A stretch of DNA of 64,000 nucleotides, taken from positions 6,720,001-6,784,000 of the forward strand of contig CBDCXR010000004.1 of the NCBI GenBank assembly GCA_965223845.1. The letters run 5' to 3'. The notes beneath the pieces were generated by a model. The model made no database searches. It worked only from the letters and a program-made list of their open reading frames with translations, and was not told where the DNA came from. Below, piece by piece: positions 1 to 9,630 of the stretch. This DNA comes from Planctomycetota bacterium (GTDB lineage Bacteria > Planctomycetota > UBA8108 > SXIK01). Each line of letters starts with the position of its first letter. The first letter of the stretch is position 1. The translations under genes and the position numbers were made by a program.

Positions 1-134
1 GACGTGATCGGACGGTCGCGCTCAGGGAGGTCGCCGAGAAGCCGGTAGAGCTCTATGCGCCGCGCGTCCACCGATACCGCGTCGTGTTCGGGGGGCCTCG
101 GCGCGTTGGGTTTTGCGTCGTCGTTTCCGTTCAC
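1..134 (-). CDS. N-terminal fragment of a probable alpha/beta hydrolase (dienelactone hydrolase / YtaP-like), continues beyond window start
   Basis: Read manually from GTG at 134: MNGNDDAKPNAPRPPEHDAVSVDARRIELYRLLGDLPERDRPIT. The 'RRxELYxLLGDLPxRxRPI' segment resembles the N-terminus of YtaP-like hydrolases as I recall it. Confidence 0.5.
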   Translation of the reverse strand, partial: MNGNDDAKPNAPRPPEHDAVSVDARRIELYRLLGDLPERDRPIT

Positions 135-240
135 TGCGCCTCCGACGGTGAGCGAGCCGAGTAGGGCGAGAGTTTCGCGTCGAGTGAGCGAAGGCATTCC
201 GGATCTCCTTGCGTAGCGGCGAGAAGAACGAACCGTGGTC

Positions 241-1560
241 TCACCGGCCGGCTGAACGAGCTTCGACGCCGGTACGCCTCTCTTTTCGTTCGTCCGCGCG
301 CGGCGCCGCTTCCGGTGCCCGGGCGTTCGTTGCCGAGCTCCACCGGCCGATCGATGAACTAGGAACGAACGAACCGGCTTGGGCGCGCGCTGTCGTCGCG
401 GCGAATTCTTCGTAGCGATGCCGCTCGGGTGGCCGAAGCCGGGCCCGCTCAAACCGGCGCGAGTAGTTTTCCGCGAAGGAATACTCGAGCTCTGCATTCG
501 TCGGAGGGCGAGTATCGAACACGCGCTTCCACACATCCGGAGGTTCCATGCACAAGTAGACGACCGGGCCGCGGTCGCCTGCGGTGCCGACCTTCGCGCG
601 AATCGCGGCGGCGACGTGCCGGTACATCTCGATCCGCGTCGGTCGGAGATAGTGGAGCTTTCCGTCGGCGGCGGGAACGAGCTCGCCGGTGCGGAGATCG
701 GAGCGGGGAAAGCGCTCGGCCATCGTGTGCTTCATTTCGGGCGGGAAGCGAAGCGAGCCGAGGCTGATCCACGCGATGCGGTTGAGCGAGACCGCACCGA
801 AGATCGCGTCAATGAGCTCCGAGTAGCCGCTACGCCACTCGCGGTAGCGAACCATCGGATCGAGATGGAACCCGACCGGATACCCGTGCTCCGCGACCCG
901 GCTTGCGGCGCGGAGACGCGCGGAGAGACTCGCCGTCTTCAACTCGTCGCGCTCGACCACCGCGACCGGATTCACCGACCAGGAAACGACGGTGCGCTCA
1001 CCAGCATCGAGCTCGAGGAGGCGGTCGATGTTATCCGTCTTCGTCTTCAGCTCGAGCACGGCGTTCGGGAGCTCCCGGAAGAAGGGCACCATGTGCGTGG
1101 TCGACTCGGTGAGCGGATCGAGGAGGAGGCTGTCGGAAAGCTCGCCCGTCCCGATGCGAAAGAGCCGCTCGGGAGCTTCGCTCGTCCGCGCGTGGATCTC
1201 GTCCGCGAGAGCATCGATGTTGCCGAACACCGTGATGTGGGGACTCGTCATGTAGAACTGGAGAATGCAGTACGTGCACTCCATCGAGCAGTTGTTCGCC
1301 TCGGCGACCGTGTGGAGATTGCAGCACGCGTAGTTCGTCTTCCAGCCCTGGCAGAGCTTCACGCTGCGTCCGAGGAATCGGCGGACGAGGAGGAGGCGCT
1401 TTCCCGCGGTGAGGCTCAGGTGGCGAGTGCCGTCCGCGAGTTCCCGCGTCGGCTCGAACGTGACCTCGATCGAGCCTGAGTTGCGAAGGATCGCGCGGCT
1501 GATCGGCGAGTCGGCGACCTCGGGGTCGATCACGATGCGGGCGAAGGTGGGGGCGATCAT
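241..1560 (-). CDS. spore photoproduct lyase-like radical SAM protein
   Basis: CxxxCxxC motif (NCSMECTYC), plus RIGTGELSDSL, ELKTKT, VSWSVNP and GFHLDP segments typical of the SPL family. Confidence 0.85.
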   Translation of the reverse strand: MIAPTFARIVIDPEVADSPISRAILRNSGSIEVTFEPTRELADGTRHLSLTAGKRLLLVRRFLGRSVKLCQGWKTNYACCNLHTVAEANNCSMECTYCILQFYMTSPHITVFGNIDALADEIHARTSEAPERLFRIGTGELSDSLLLDPLTESTTHMVPFFRELPNAVLELKTKTDNIDRLLELDAGERTVVSWSVNPVAVVERDELKTASLSARLRAASRVAEHGYPVGFHLDPMVRYREWRSGYSELIDAIFGAVSLNRIAWISLGSLRFPPEMKHTMAERFPRSDLRTGELVPAADGKLHYLRPTRIEMYRHVAAAIRAKVGTAGDRGPVVYLCMEPPDVWKRVFDTRPPTNAELEYSFAENYSRRFERARLRPPERHRYEEFAATTARAQAGSFVPSSSIGRWSSATNARAPEAAPRADERKERRTGVEARSAGR

Positions 1561-1689
1561 AGAGAGGCGAGTCTACCGGATGCCCGACGGCGCTGGGCAG
1601 GTCGATCCGCTGGAGGAAGGCAGATGTTTCCGCCGGGAGACGAGCCGAAGGCGAGCCCGGCGGGGCGAACCTTCGCGACGCCCCGGGGG

Positions 1690-1735
1690 AAAAAACTAGG
1701 CTCAGAGCGAGCGCAACGCGCCGGTTCTGAGCCTA
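1690..1735 (-). terminator. intrinsic terminator
   Basis: 10-bp stem TAGGCTCAGA (1697-1706) / TCTGAGCCTA (1726-1735), followed on the minus strand by GTTTTTT. Confidence 0.75.
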
Positions 1736-2589
1736 ACGATCCGGTTTCCGCTCTCCACTCTCCTCAAAGGACGTTCCGCAGCGTCGCTTCTCTCAGAGAG
1801 TTGCGATCGAACTCTCCGCGCTGAAAGCGACTTTGGCGGGCGAACGCTTCGTCGAGTCCAGGGCTCGACTCAGTCCACCCGGTGTCGTCCACCCGGTCTC
1901 GCCTCGACGAACGTCGCGGCCAGACGATTCGACTCCTCTCCTTGTCTGTTCGAGTTCGTCAGCTCAGGTCCGCGCTCGCGACTGAAGCGCGTTCGTCTGG
2001 GTCCATGCCGGCGATCTGAGCGCGGCGCGTTCGGGCTCACCTCCGAGTTCGTCAACCGGAAGACAGACTCGGATCGTCGATCGCTGGCTTTACGTGCGCA
2101 CCCCATTGCTGTCTGAACTCGACCCCGATGTTCTCAGTATTCCGCTCGCGGCCTTGGCGACGACGGGTGTTCACCCGCTTGTGTTCGCGCGCCGCTCAAA
2201 CGACTCGCGTTCGATGCGGATCGCATTCGACGCACGCCGTCACACGGACGGATACGCCGGGAACCAACCGTCCGGCAGGGGCGTGAAGGCTTGCGCGCGG
2301 AGGCCAAGCCTTCACGCCTGCCGCCACCACCACGTACGAAGAGCTTCGGGATCGATGATCGGATTTAGTCGCCGTCCTCGCGCGGCAATTCGTTTCCGCC
2401 CGGGCGCATACACGCGCGCCGATTCGCCGGTGGCGTTCGTCGCGAACTTCTACGCGCAGTACCGAGAGAAGTGAGAAACGAACTGAGGTCCCGCTCCACC
2501 ACGGGCATGAGAGTTCGGTGAAGGGACCCTGCTGAGCGAGGAATAGCTGTCGAAAGCCAGCGCTGTCAGCGAACAGCGCACGAACGACG
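1690..2589 (-). ncRNA. candidate large structured non-coding RNA (~900 nt)
   Basis: Lies between a sigma70-like promoter (2596-2625) and a terminator (1690-1735). Contains at least 8 hairpins and no convincing ORF. Confidence 0.45.
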
Positions 2590-2595
2590 GGCGGA

Positions 2596-2625
2596 TTTAT
2601 ACTCGACCGGTGATGTCGACGTCAA
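2596..2625 (-). promoter_or_regulatory. sigma70-type promoter
   Basis: Minus strand TTGACG-N18-TATAAA, with a T-rich tract (CTTTTCTTTT) upstream, in a GC-rich genome. Confidence 0.6.
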
Positions 2626-2713
2626 CGCGAAAAGAAAAGCTGAATCGAGCCTTTACATCGCGCGCGCGTTCTGGTTTTGCGCGGGGTCTGCAGAGCTCCG
2701 TCGATCGCGCGAC

Positions 2714-3739
2714 TCACTGTTCGCTACTCCAATTGCAGAGGCGTGCGCGGAGCTCGTCGAGCGATACGTGATGCGTGCCGATGTTGCTCACGGCAATCGC
2801 CGCGCTTTCGCTTGCTACGCGCGCGATGGTGTGAAGGCTCCAGCCCGCGGCGTTTCCGAGCGCGGCGACGGAGCTCACTGCATCGCCCGCGCCCGTCACG
2901 TCGCTCACGCTAGTCGCAGCGGATGGGATGTTCGACACGTCGCCGTCGCGACTGAAGATCGCCATCCCTTCTGCACCGAGAGTGAGAAGCACCTGCGCGT
3001 GACCGCCACGCTGTTTGAGCTCGCGCCCGAGGCGTTCGGTGTCGTCGAGGTCGCCACCCACGGCGCCGTGCGCTTCGCGGTCGTTCGGGATCACGAGGTC
3101 GAAGGATCGAAAGAGCGCGACGCGTTCGCGCGAGCTGCCGTGAAGGAGCGCGCCTGAGGACTGCGCTATGCTCGGCAGCTCGGCGAGGAGTCGACGAGTC
3201 ACGAGGTGATCGATCTGGTCGAGAACGACGACGACATCCTTTCCGTTCGACTCGCGGCGAACGGCGTCGATCACGCGGTCCTCGAGGGTCGCGTCGAGCG
3301 GCGCGTCGGGAAGGACGTCCATCCTCAGGATCTCTTGCGACGGCGAGTTGTCGACGCGTGACCGGAGCTTCGTGTAGGTGAACGTGCGCTGAGCAGAGTT
3401 CGTGAGCACGCCGCTCGTCCCGATGCCTTTCGCTTCGAGTTGGGCGCGCAGAACGCGGGCCGCGTCGTCGTCACCGGTGATCGCGACGAGCGATACCTCC
3501 GCGCCGAGATTTCGAATCGAACTCGCGAGATTACCCGACGCCCCCGCCCACTGTTTCTTCTCGCCGAGGCGCACGACGGGAATCGGCCCTTCCTTCGACA
3601 CCTCGTACATCTCGCTCTCTTGGTACTCGTCTAGGAAGAGATCTCCGACGACGAGGATCTTCAGTCCCTTGAACTCGTCGAGCGAGGCGAGGACGTCAGC
3701 CGGCACGGACGGGGATGGCGTGTCAGATGGGGTCGGCAT
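2714..3739 (-). CDS. PfkB-family kinase, RfaE/HldE kinase-domain-like (heptose-7-phosphate kinase-like)
   Basis: ILVVGDLFLDEY, PIPVV, GASGNLA, PNDREA, TLGAEGM and DVTGAGD PfkB signatures; ATG at 3739 preferred as start. Confidence 0.85.
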   Translation of the reverse strand: MPTPSDTPSPSVPADVLASLDEFKGLKILVVGDLFLDEYQESEMYEVSKEGPIPVVRLGEKKQWAGASGNLASSIRNLGAEVSLVAITGDDDAARVLRAQLEAKGIGTSGVLTNSAQRTFTYTKLRSRVDNSPSQEILRMDVLPDAPLDATLEDRVIDAVRRESNGKDVVVVLDQIDHLVTRRLLAELPSIAQSSGALLHGSSRERVALFRSFDLVIPNDREAHGAVGGDLDDTERLGRELKQRGGHAQVLLTLGAEGMAIFSRDGDVSNIPSAATSVSDVTGAGDAVSSVAALGNAAGWSLHTIARVASESAAIAVSNIGTHHVSLDELRARLCNWSSEQ

Positions 3740-4652
3740 CTTGGTAGTCGCGCGGAGAAACTCCACGCTCGCTTTTCTGCTTGAGCGCGAGAAGAACGGA
3801 GGCCCAGTACACGGCGCGGGGAGCGCGCCGAGCGTCGGGTGACCAGGGGCCGTGGTCGGTGAGCTCGACTCGCGTTGCGAGCTCCGTTTCAGCGATGCGC
3901 CATGAAATCTCCGCTCGCTCCTCCGGCGACCAGTACCAGTCGTGCGAGAGCTCTCCGCCTTCGCCGATCTCGATCCACGCGCGCGGACCGGGTGCGATGC
4001 CGAGTGAAAACTCGCCCCCGGTCTCGAGGTTCACCGCGACGTCGCGGCCCCACCAACTCGCGAGCTCCTGCGGGTCGGTGAGCTTCGACCAGATCACCCA
4101 CGGAAACGTCGTGACGTCGACGGCGAGCGAGAGCGGCGGTGCTCCTCGATCGATCGCACCGTAGTCGAGCCGCAGCGACGCCGAACCCGTTTCGACGTAC
4201 CCGCGGAGCGAAGGGAGGCCGACCGACCACCAATCCGGCGCGCCCGCCGGCCACTCCGCCGGTGCCCGATCTGCCGTTTGGACGACCGTCAGCTCGGTCT
4301 CCTCGAGGAAGTTCGCGAGCTCGTAGAGAACGATCGTCTCCACTCCGCCCACCGCCCAGCGATACCGGAGACGAGATCCGGGAGTGAGCTCGACGATTTC
4401 GCCGCGGGAACTCGCGGCCGCATCCGCGGCGGCTGAGGAAGCGCGGTCGATCGGTGTCGCCCCTTCGCAGTGGTAGGCGCCGCCGGGTTCGAGGTTTACG
4501 TCCGCCGAGTCACACCACCACTCGGTCAGCTCGTGCGCGTTCGTCAGCGCCCGCCAAACTCGCTCGGGCGGCGCGGCGATGCGCTCTCGGCGACGTACGG
4601 ACCACGGCGCACGCGGAGGACGAAAATCACTGAGGGGAACGAATCGAGTCAC
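3723..4652 (-). CDS. tandem SRPBCC (Aha1/AHSA1-like) domain protein
   Basis: Two repeats: 'IAAPPERVWRALTNAHELTEWW...PGG' and 'PWVIWSKLTDPQELASWW...TGG'; start uncertain (GTG 4652 chosen). Confidence 0.8.
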   Translation of the reverse strand: MTRFVPLSDFRPPRAPWSVRRRERIAAPPERVWRALTNAHELTEWWCDSADVNLEPGGAYHCEGATPIDRASSAAADAAASSRGEIVELTPGSRLRYRWAVGGVETIVLYELANFLEETELTVVQTADRAPAEWPAGAPDWWSVGLPSLRGYVETGSASLRLDYGAIDRGAPPLSLAVDVTTFPWVIWSKLTDPQELASWWGRDVAVNLETGGEFSLGIAPGPRAWIEIGEGGELSHDWYWSPEERAEISWRIAETELATRVELTDHGPWSPDARRAPRAVYWASVLLALKQKSERGVSPRDYQDADPI

Positions 4653-5143
4653 GGCATGAAGTCGGCGAGAGGAGCGGGGCGGGGCGAGACTGGGCCGCGC
4701 TGCACCCACTATAGCGCGCGCGGCGCCGTCGATACGACTCTCCGAAGCCGCTGGATGCTGCGGGAAGATCGTGGTAGTCGTGGAGTCGACTCCCGGTGGA
4801 AACGGTGGTTCCCGCTCCCGCGTGCGCGTCGCCTCCAAGGCCGCCGCGATCGCCGATCCGAATCTGAACCGGCTCGGCGATTCGCGCTTGCCTCGGGTCG
4901 GGCGCGCAAAGCGGAAGGATTCGACTTGCGGCGCCGCCGAAGACCGCCGACAACGAGAGTCGAGGCAGTGAGTGGAAAGGTCTCAAGCGGAAGGGTACGG
5001 GGGAGTGTGGGGCGTAACTCTCGGCGCGTGCCGTGAGTCGCGCCGCCGACAGGGTGGACGAGCCGAGGAGAGCGGCAGCGAGCGTGCGAGCGCTGCATCC
5101 TCTCGCGTGCTCAGTTTGATCCGGTGACGATGGGAGGAGAGTC

Positions 5144-6118
5144 ATGGGTCCATCCACTGCACGCGTCGAGTGTCGCGAGGCGACCGGATTTCGGGAAGTG
5201 ACTCTGCGCAATCGTCACTTCCAGCTGACCGTGCTCCCCGAGGTCGGGTGTCACTGGTGGCAGCTCTCGCTCTCCGCGGCGGGTGAGTGGCACGAGCTTC
5301 TTCTGCCGACGCCCGTGCAGGCGCTGACGACGGGACGCGGTCTCCGGGGTTCGTACGTTCTCGCGCCGTGGTCGAATCGCGTCGTCGACGGGCGGTTCGA
5401 GTACGCCGGCGAGACGTACACGCTCCGTCCGAACTACCCCGATGGCACGAGCATCCACGGCGACGTTCGTCTCCGTCCCTGGCAAGTCGAGGTCGAGGAC
5501 GACCAACTCTTCGAAGCCACGCTCGCGACGGCGGAAGCAGAAGAGTTCAACTTCCCCTTCGCGCTCGGGTTTCGCCAACGCTTTCGCCTCGCGGGAGAGC
5601 GTCTATCGGTCGAGTTCGAGATCGAGAATCGGGATCGCCGACGCGCGCCGGTGGGAGTGGGATACCACCCGTACTTCCGGCGGCGACTGACGAGTCGCGA
5701 TCGCGACCTCTACGTGCGCGTTCCCGCCGGAGCGATGTATCCACTCGAAGACTGCGTTCCGACCGGGCCCGCGGTCCGGGTCGACGCCGCGCGCGATCTG
5801 CAGGTCCTCGGTCCGCTCGGCGATCGAGAGCTGAACGATTGCTTGACCGAGCTCTCCGAGCGGGAGTTTCGCTTGATCTATCCTGGGACCGGGGTGGAAG
5901 TGCGGCTCACCGCGAGCGAGGAATTCGGTCACGTCGTCGTGTACTCACCGCGCGGGGACAAGGGCGAGCCGAGCGAGTTTCTCGCCGTGGAGCCGGTGAG
6001 TCACGTGACCGATGGCTTCAACCGACTCGCGCGCGGCGACGAGATGACGGGCGTGCAAGAGCTCGATCCGGGTGAGGTGTGGCGCACCGAGTGGAGTCTC
6101 ACGGTCGGCGATATCTGA
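5144..6118 (+). CDS. aldose 1-epimerase family protein
   Basis: LAPWSNRV, IHGDV, GYHPYF and FLAVEPVS motifs; GGAGGAG RBS upstream. Confidence 0.9.
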   Translation: MGPSTARVECREATGFREVTLRNRHFQLTVLPEVGCHWWQLSLSAAGEWHELLLPTPVQALTTGRGLRGSYVLAPWSNRVVDGRFEYAGETYTLRPNYPDGTSIHGDVRLRPWQVEVEDDQLFEATLATAEAEEFNFPFALGFRQRFRLAGERLSVEFEIENRDRRRAPVGVGYHPYFRRRLTSRDRDLYVRVPAGAMYPLEDCVPTGPAVRVDAARDLQVLGPLGDRELNDCLTELSEREFRLIYPGTGVEVRLTASEEFGHVVVYSPRGDKGEPSEFLAVEPVSHVTDGFNRLARGDEMTGVQELDPGEVWRTEWSLTVGDI

Positions 6119-6257
6119 GCGTGAGCTCGCGGCGGCGGTGCGTGTATCGCTCGCCGTGCGTTGACGGTCACGGAAGTTTCGCGCTCGGGCGAATCGAGCG
6201 TGCCGGAAAACCGCGCCTCTGCGTGGAAACGGGAGAAGCGGTTCTCGACTCGCACGC

Positions 6258-6300
6258 AAAGACAAGAGGCGCGGCGAGACTGAGGTCTCACCGCGCCTCT
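6258..6300 (-). terminator. intrinsic terminator of the VWA protein gene
   Basis: Hairpin GAGGCGCGG-(GAGAC/GTCTC)-CCGCGCCTC followed by TTGTCTTT on the minus strand. Confidence 0.55.
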
Positions 6301-6322
6301 CGTCGAGTCGAAACGAGAAGAC

Positions 6323-9259
6323 TTAGCGTCGAGTATCCTCCGTCTTGCTACTGAGGTCGGACGTCGACTTGGAGTCGTCGGACGATCTCGAGAAGGAGTC
6401 GTCGGCGGATTCGAGAATCGCGAAGGACCCGAGGGCTTCGCGCTGGAACGCCCTCGACTTCACCGCTCTCACTCGAACCCGGTAGCTGCCTTCGTTCTTT
6501 TCCTCGGCGATCTCGTTCGGGTCTTCGGCGGACGGAGCCACCGCGAACGACTCTTCGGCGACGTACACGTTGCCGTAGAACCCGTCGTTGGCGGCACCGT
6601 CGCCGTGCTCCCCGTCGTCGTAGAGGCGGAGCACGGTGCGGGCGCCGCTCGGAGAATCGACGGTGGCTTCGACAAACGCACCGGCCGTCGGACTGCCGTT
6701 CGAGAGGACGGCCACGATCGGCACCGCGTCTCCAACGGAGTAGTCGGACCCGAGCTGCGGGACTTGGAGGAGCTCGAAGGTGCGCTCTGAATGTCCGCTC
6801 GCCATGACCTGGTAGTCGACGGGACCCGTGCCGACGGGGCCTTCGACGATCATGCGCCACCGGCCCGGGACGGGTGAGGAGAATCGCCACCCGACATGTC
6901 CCGAGGCGGCGTCCGAGAACGAGTAGGGCACTTTCGTGCTGTCGATCAGCTTGCCCTTCGGGTCGACCAGCGAGAGCTTCGCGCCCACGGCAGGAAAGGT
7001 GTCGAGCGTAAAGACGAGATCGGAGAGTTCGGTGTCGACGAGGACCGAGTGCTTCGCCGTCGGCGCGGCTACCGTGAGCTGCGAACGCTCGTGGAAGAGA
7101 CGCTGGCGCTCCTCGTTCACCGTCTGTGCGTACTCGTAGGTGTTGGTGAGGTCGAGGGTCAGGCCACCGATACCGCCCCAGAGGTCGCTTCCGTCGCTCA
7201 CCCAGACGTCGTTGTAGAAATAGCTTCCGCCGGTGAGCTCGGCGATCTCCTGCAGAAGCTCCTCGTCGGCCGCGGGACCGAACGCGATCGTGGTCACGGT
7301 GCACCCCGAAGCGATCACTTCATCCTTCACATCGTCCCAGTAGGCAGCCGTGTTCTCCATTCCGTCGGAGAGGAGCACGAATGCGCAGCGCGAATTGCCG
7401 GTGGGGCTGTTGTCCCACTGATCGACGGCCTCGAGGAGACCGTTCCCGATGCTCGTCGCGCCCGACGGCATCAACCCGCCGATGAAGCCCTTCGCCACCC
7501 AGCGGACGAGAGCGTCCGAAGCGACGAGATTGAAATTGGGTCCGGCCGCGTGATGGAAGGGAACCACGGAGAGTCCGTCGCCGTTTCGACCGACGTCCAC
7601 GTACAGCTTGGCGGCGTCGCGGGCGGCTTCGATCTTGCCGTCGGAGCCCATGGAGCCCGAGCGATCGAGGACGAGCACGTGATCAGTGAAGTCGTCGTCG
7701 TAGTGAACGGAGTTGACGTTCAGGTCCGACGCGATCGTGCTGTTCGTCCCGGGTTTCTTCAGCAAAACTTCGAGGTCGTAGGAGCCGTTGCTGTTCTGCT
7801 GCGGCGCCTCGATGAGCAGCCAGTACTGCTCTTGGATGAACGCGCCCGTTTCGATCGTCGCGTCGACGCCGCCGACTTCCGCGCGGAAGTGTTCCTTCGC
7901 GAGGCCGCCGACGACCGGGCTGCCACCACCGCCCGCCGTGATGAGGACCTGTGCCAAGAGCTTCCCGGGCGCGTTCGATGGGCCGACATGCGCGACCGCG
8001 ACCGAGTTCGGGAGCTTCACCTCGAGACTCGGATCCGGGCACGAAAAGGTGACGTCTACCGTGGATTCGCCGTCGAGGCTGCCGACGATCGCGATCACTC
8101 GATCCACTCCGTCGATGACGAAACTTTGCGCCCAGTCGTCTCCGCTACCGCTCACGTGCTGTCGAAAGGTCGATCCCTCCTGCGTGATGACGTGGTAGAA
8201 GGCTGGCCCGCTGTTTTCGTTATGAAACGACACGGAGATGACGTCCGCGCTGTTGCCCGGGGTCGCCTCGAAATACGTCACGCCATAGCTCGAGACGGCG
8301 ACATCGTCGAAGGTCGACGAACCGTTTTGACCGATCGTTCCAGCGTCGGCGGGGACTAGCGGTCCGTAGGGATGCGGATTCCCCGCCTGGTCTTCGTCGA
8401 CGTAGTTGTAGGACGCGTCCGGTACTCCGGTCAGATCCTTCGTCCAGTTCGCGACGGTGAACTGGCGGAACGCTCCGTGAAAATCCGTGCCCGCGCCGAG
8501 CTGGACGAGGGCGAGATCGACAGCGTCGACGTCGCTCGCGAACTGAGTGGCCTCGAAGAGCTCGACGAACGCGTCGATGCCGAGCTGCGGCTCACCGACG
8601 GTCGTTCCGAATTGCTCCGAGAAGTACTTCCACCAGAGCGCTGAGCGGTATCCGTTCCCGGCCGTTCGAAGATCGACGTTGGGATTGGCCAGGTAGTTGT
8701 TGACCTCCAGCGCGAAGGAGGACTGGGCGAGCATTGCGTCCTGGTAGTTGTCGATGTTGAGGAAGAGGCTGTCCTCGAGCGCGCGCGCAGTTCCCTCGAG
8801 GAGCCAATCGTCGAAATTGTTGCTGTAGCTGTACTGAATGAGATGGGCGATCTCGTGGCCGACGACTTTTTCGATCGACCCGTCGACGTTGAAGCAGCCC
8901 GTGAACGCGTCGAAGCCGGAGCCGTGCGGATTGCCGTTGCACGAGTCGCCGAGCCAGTTCATTCGCACGTTCATCTTCGGATTGCCGTTCAGATCCGGAC
9001 CGAGAAAGCCCAGTTCCAGGTAGCGATCCCAATAGAGCTCGGTCGTGTCGACGACGAACTCGGCTTCGGCTTGAGTGATGATTCCGTATTCATAATCGGA
9101 GGAGTTGCCTTCGTTGTAGTGGACGCAGATGTCGTGTGTGTCGCTGGTCGCGATATCCGGCACCCAGTCCCACTGATCACACCCGTTCGCTCGCGCCGGA
9201 CGGGCGGCGGCGACGAACACGACGAGAAACGCGAAACGCAAGAACTCTGAAAAACGCAT
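6323..9259 (-). CDS. secreted HExxH metallopeptidase-VWA domain protein
   Basis: Signal peptide; GHEIAH...WLLEGTA zinc motif; VWA MIDAS (VLDRSGSM...T...LSDG); C-terminal LYDDGEHGDGAANDGFY acidic loop. Confidence 0.85.
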   Translation of the reverse strand: MRFSEFLRFAFLVVFVAAARPARANGCDQWDWVPDIATSDTHDICVHYNEGNSSDYEYGIITQAEAEFVVDTTELYWDRYLELGFLGPDLNGNPKMNVRMNWLGDSCNGNPHGSGFDAFTGCFNVDGSIEKVVGHEIAHLIQYSYSNNFDDWLLEGTARALEDSLFLNIDNYQDAMLAQSSFALEVNNYLANPNVDLRTAGNGYRSALWWKYFSEQFGTTVGEPQLGIDAFVELFEATQFASDVDAVDLALVQLGAGTDFHGAFRQFTVANWTKDLTGVPDASYNYVDEDQAGNPHPYGPLVPADAGTIGQNGSSTFDDVAVSSYGVTYFEATPGNSADVISVSFHNENSGPAFYHVITQEGSTFRQHVSGSGDDWAQSFVIDGVDRVIAIVGSLDGESTVDVTFSCPDPSLEVKLPNSVAVAHVGPSNAPGKLLAQVLITAGGGGSPVVGGLAKEHFRAEVGGVDATIETGAFIQEQYWLLIEAPQQNSNGSYDLEVLLKKPGTNSTIASDLNVNSVHYDDDFTDHVLVLDRSGSMGSDGKIEAARDAAKLYVDVGRNGDGLSVVPFHHAAGPNFNLVASDALVRWVAKGFIGGLMPSGATSIGNGLLEAVDQWDNSPTGNSRCAFVLLSDGMENTAAYWDDVKDEVIASGCTVTTIAFGPAADEELLQEIAELTGGSYFYNDVWVSDGSDLWGGIGGLTLDLTNTYEYAQTVNEERQRLFHERSQLTVAAPTAKHSVLVDTELSDLVFTLDTFPAVGAKLSLVDPKGKLIDSTKVPYSFSDAASGHVGWRFSSPVPGRWRMIVEGPVGTGPVDYQVMASGHSERTFELLQVPQLGSDYSVGDAVPIVAVLSNGSPTAGAFVEATVDSPSGARTVLRLYDDGEHGDGAANDGFYGNVYVAEESFAVAPSAEDPNEIAEEKNEGSYRVRVRAVKSRAFQREALGSFAILESADDSFSRSSDDSKSTSDLSSKTEDTRR

Positions 9260-9430
9260 GACCGATCTCCCGGTTGCGGCCCCCGTGCCCCTGAGGCCTC
9301 GAATGGTGAATGGGTGAATGACTCACCAGTCCCGGGGGGAGAGTTCTTGGGGTGGCTCAGAATGTTTTTTGGGCGATCTCGGCGAATTCTTCGCGTTCGC
9401 GCGCGAACATACCGGGTTCGTCTGAAGATG

Positions 9431-9450
9431 ATTACGTAATAATGATTATT
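9431..9450. promoter_or_regulatory. AT-rich palindromic operator candidate (Fur-family-like)
   Basis: ATTACGTAAT palindrome overlapping AATAAT-G-ATTATT (9438-9450), upstream of the metallopeptidase-VWA gene. Confidence 0.35.
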
Positions 9451-9630
9451 GTTTGGTCGGTGGCGACCGCCGGACGACGTGCCGCTCGAGCCCGATCCCG
9501 GCCGAAGCAACCGCGGAGGCCCCCGCCGGCTTAGTTCCCAAGCGTGAACCGCCGCTTCGCGAGCAGTCCCTCCCCACGAACCCGCCGAAAGTTGGCGCGT
9601 TTGAAACGAGAACTAGCTCGCTCGAGCACC

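Noticed and set aside
1870-2106. 78-aa minus-strand ORF inside the candidate large RNA
   Set aside because: No clear RBS, Arg/Ser-rich and no motif; not called, though not strictly excluded.
2470-2502. CTCCACCA resembling a tRNA/tmRNA 3' end
   Set aside because: No T-arm (GGTTCGA) upstream and no matching acceptor-stem 5' strand or tag peptide.
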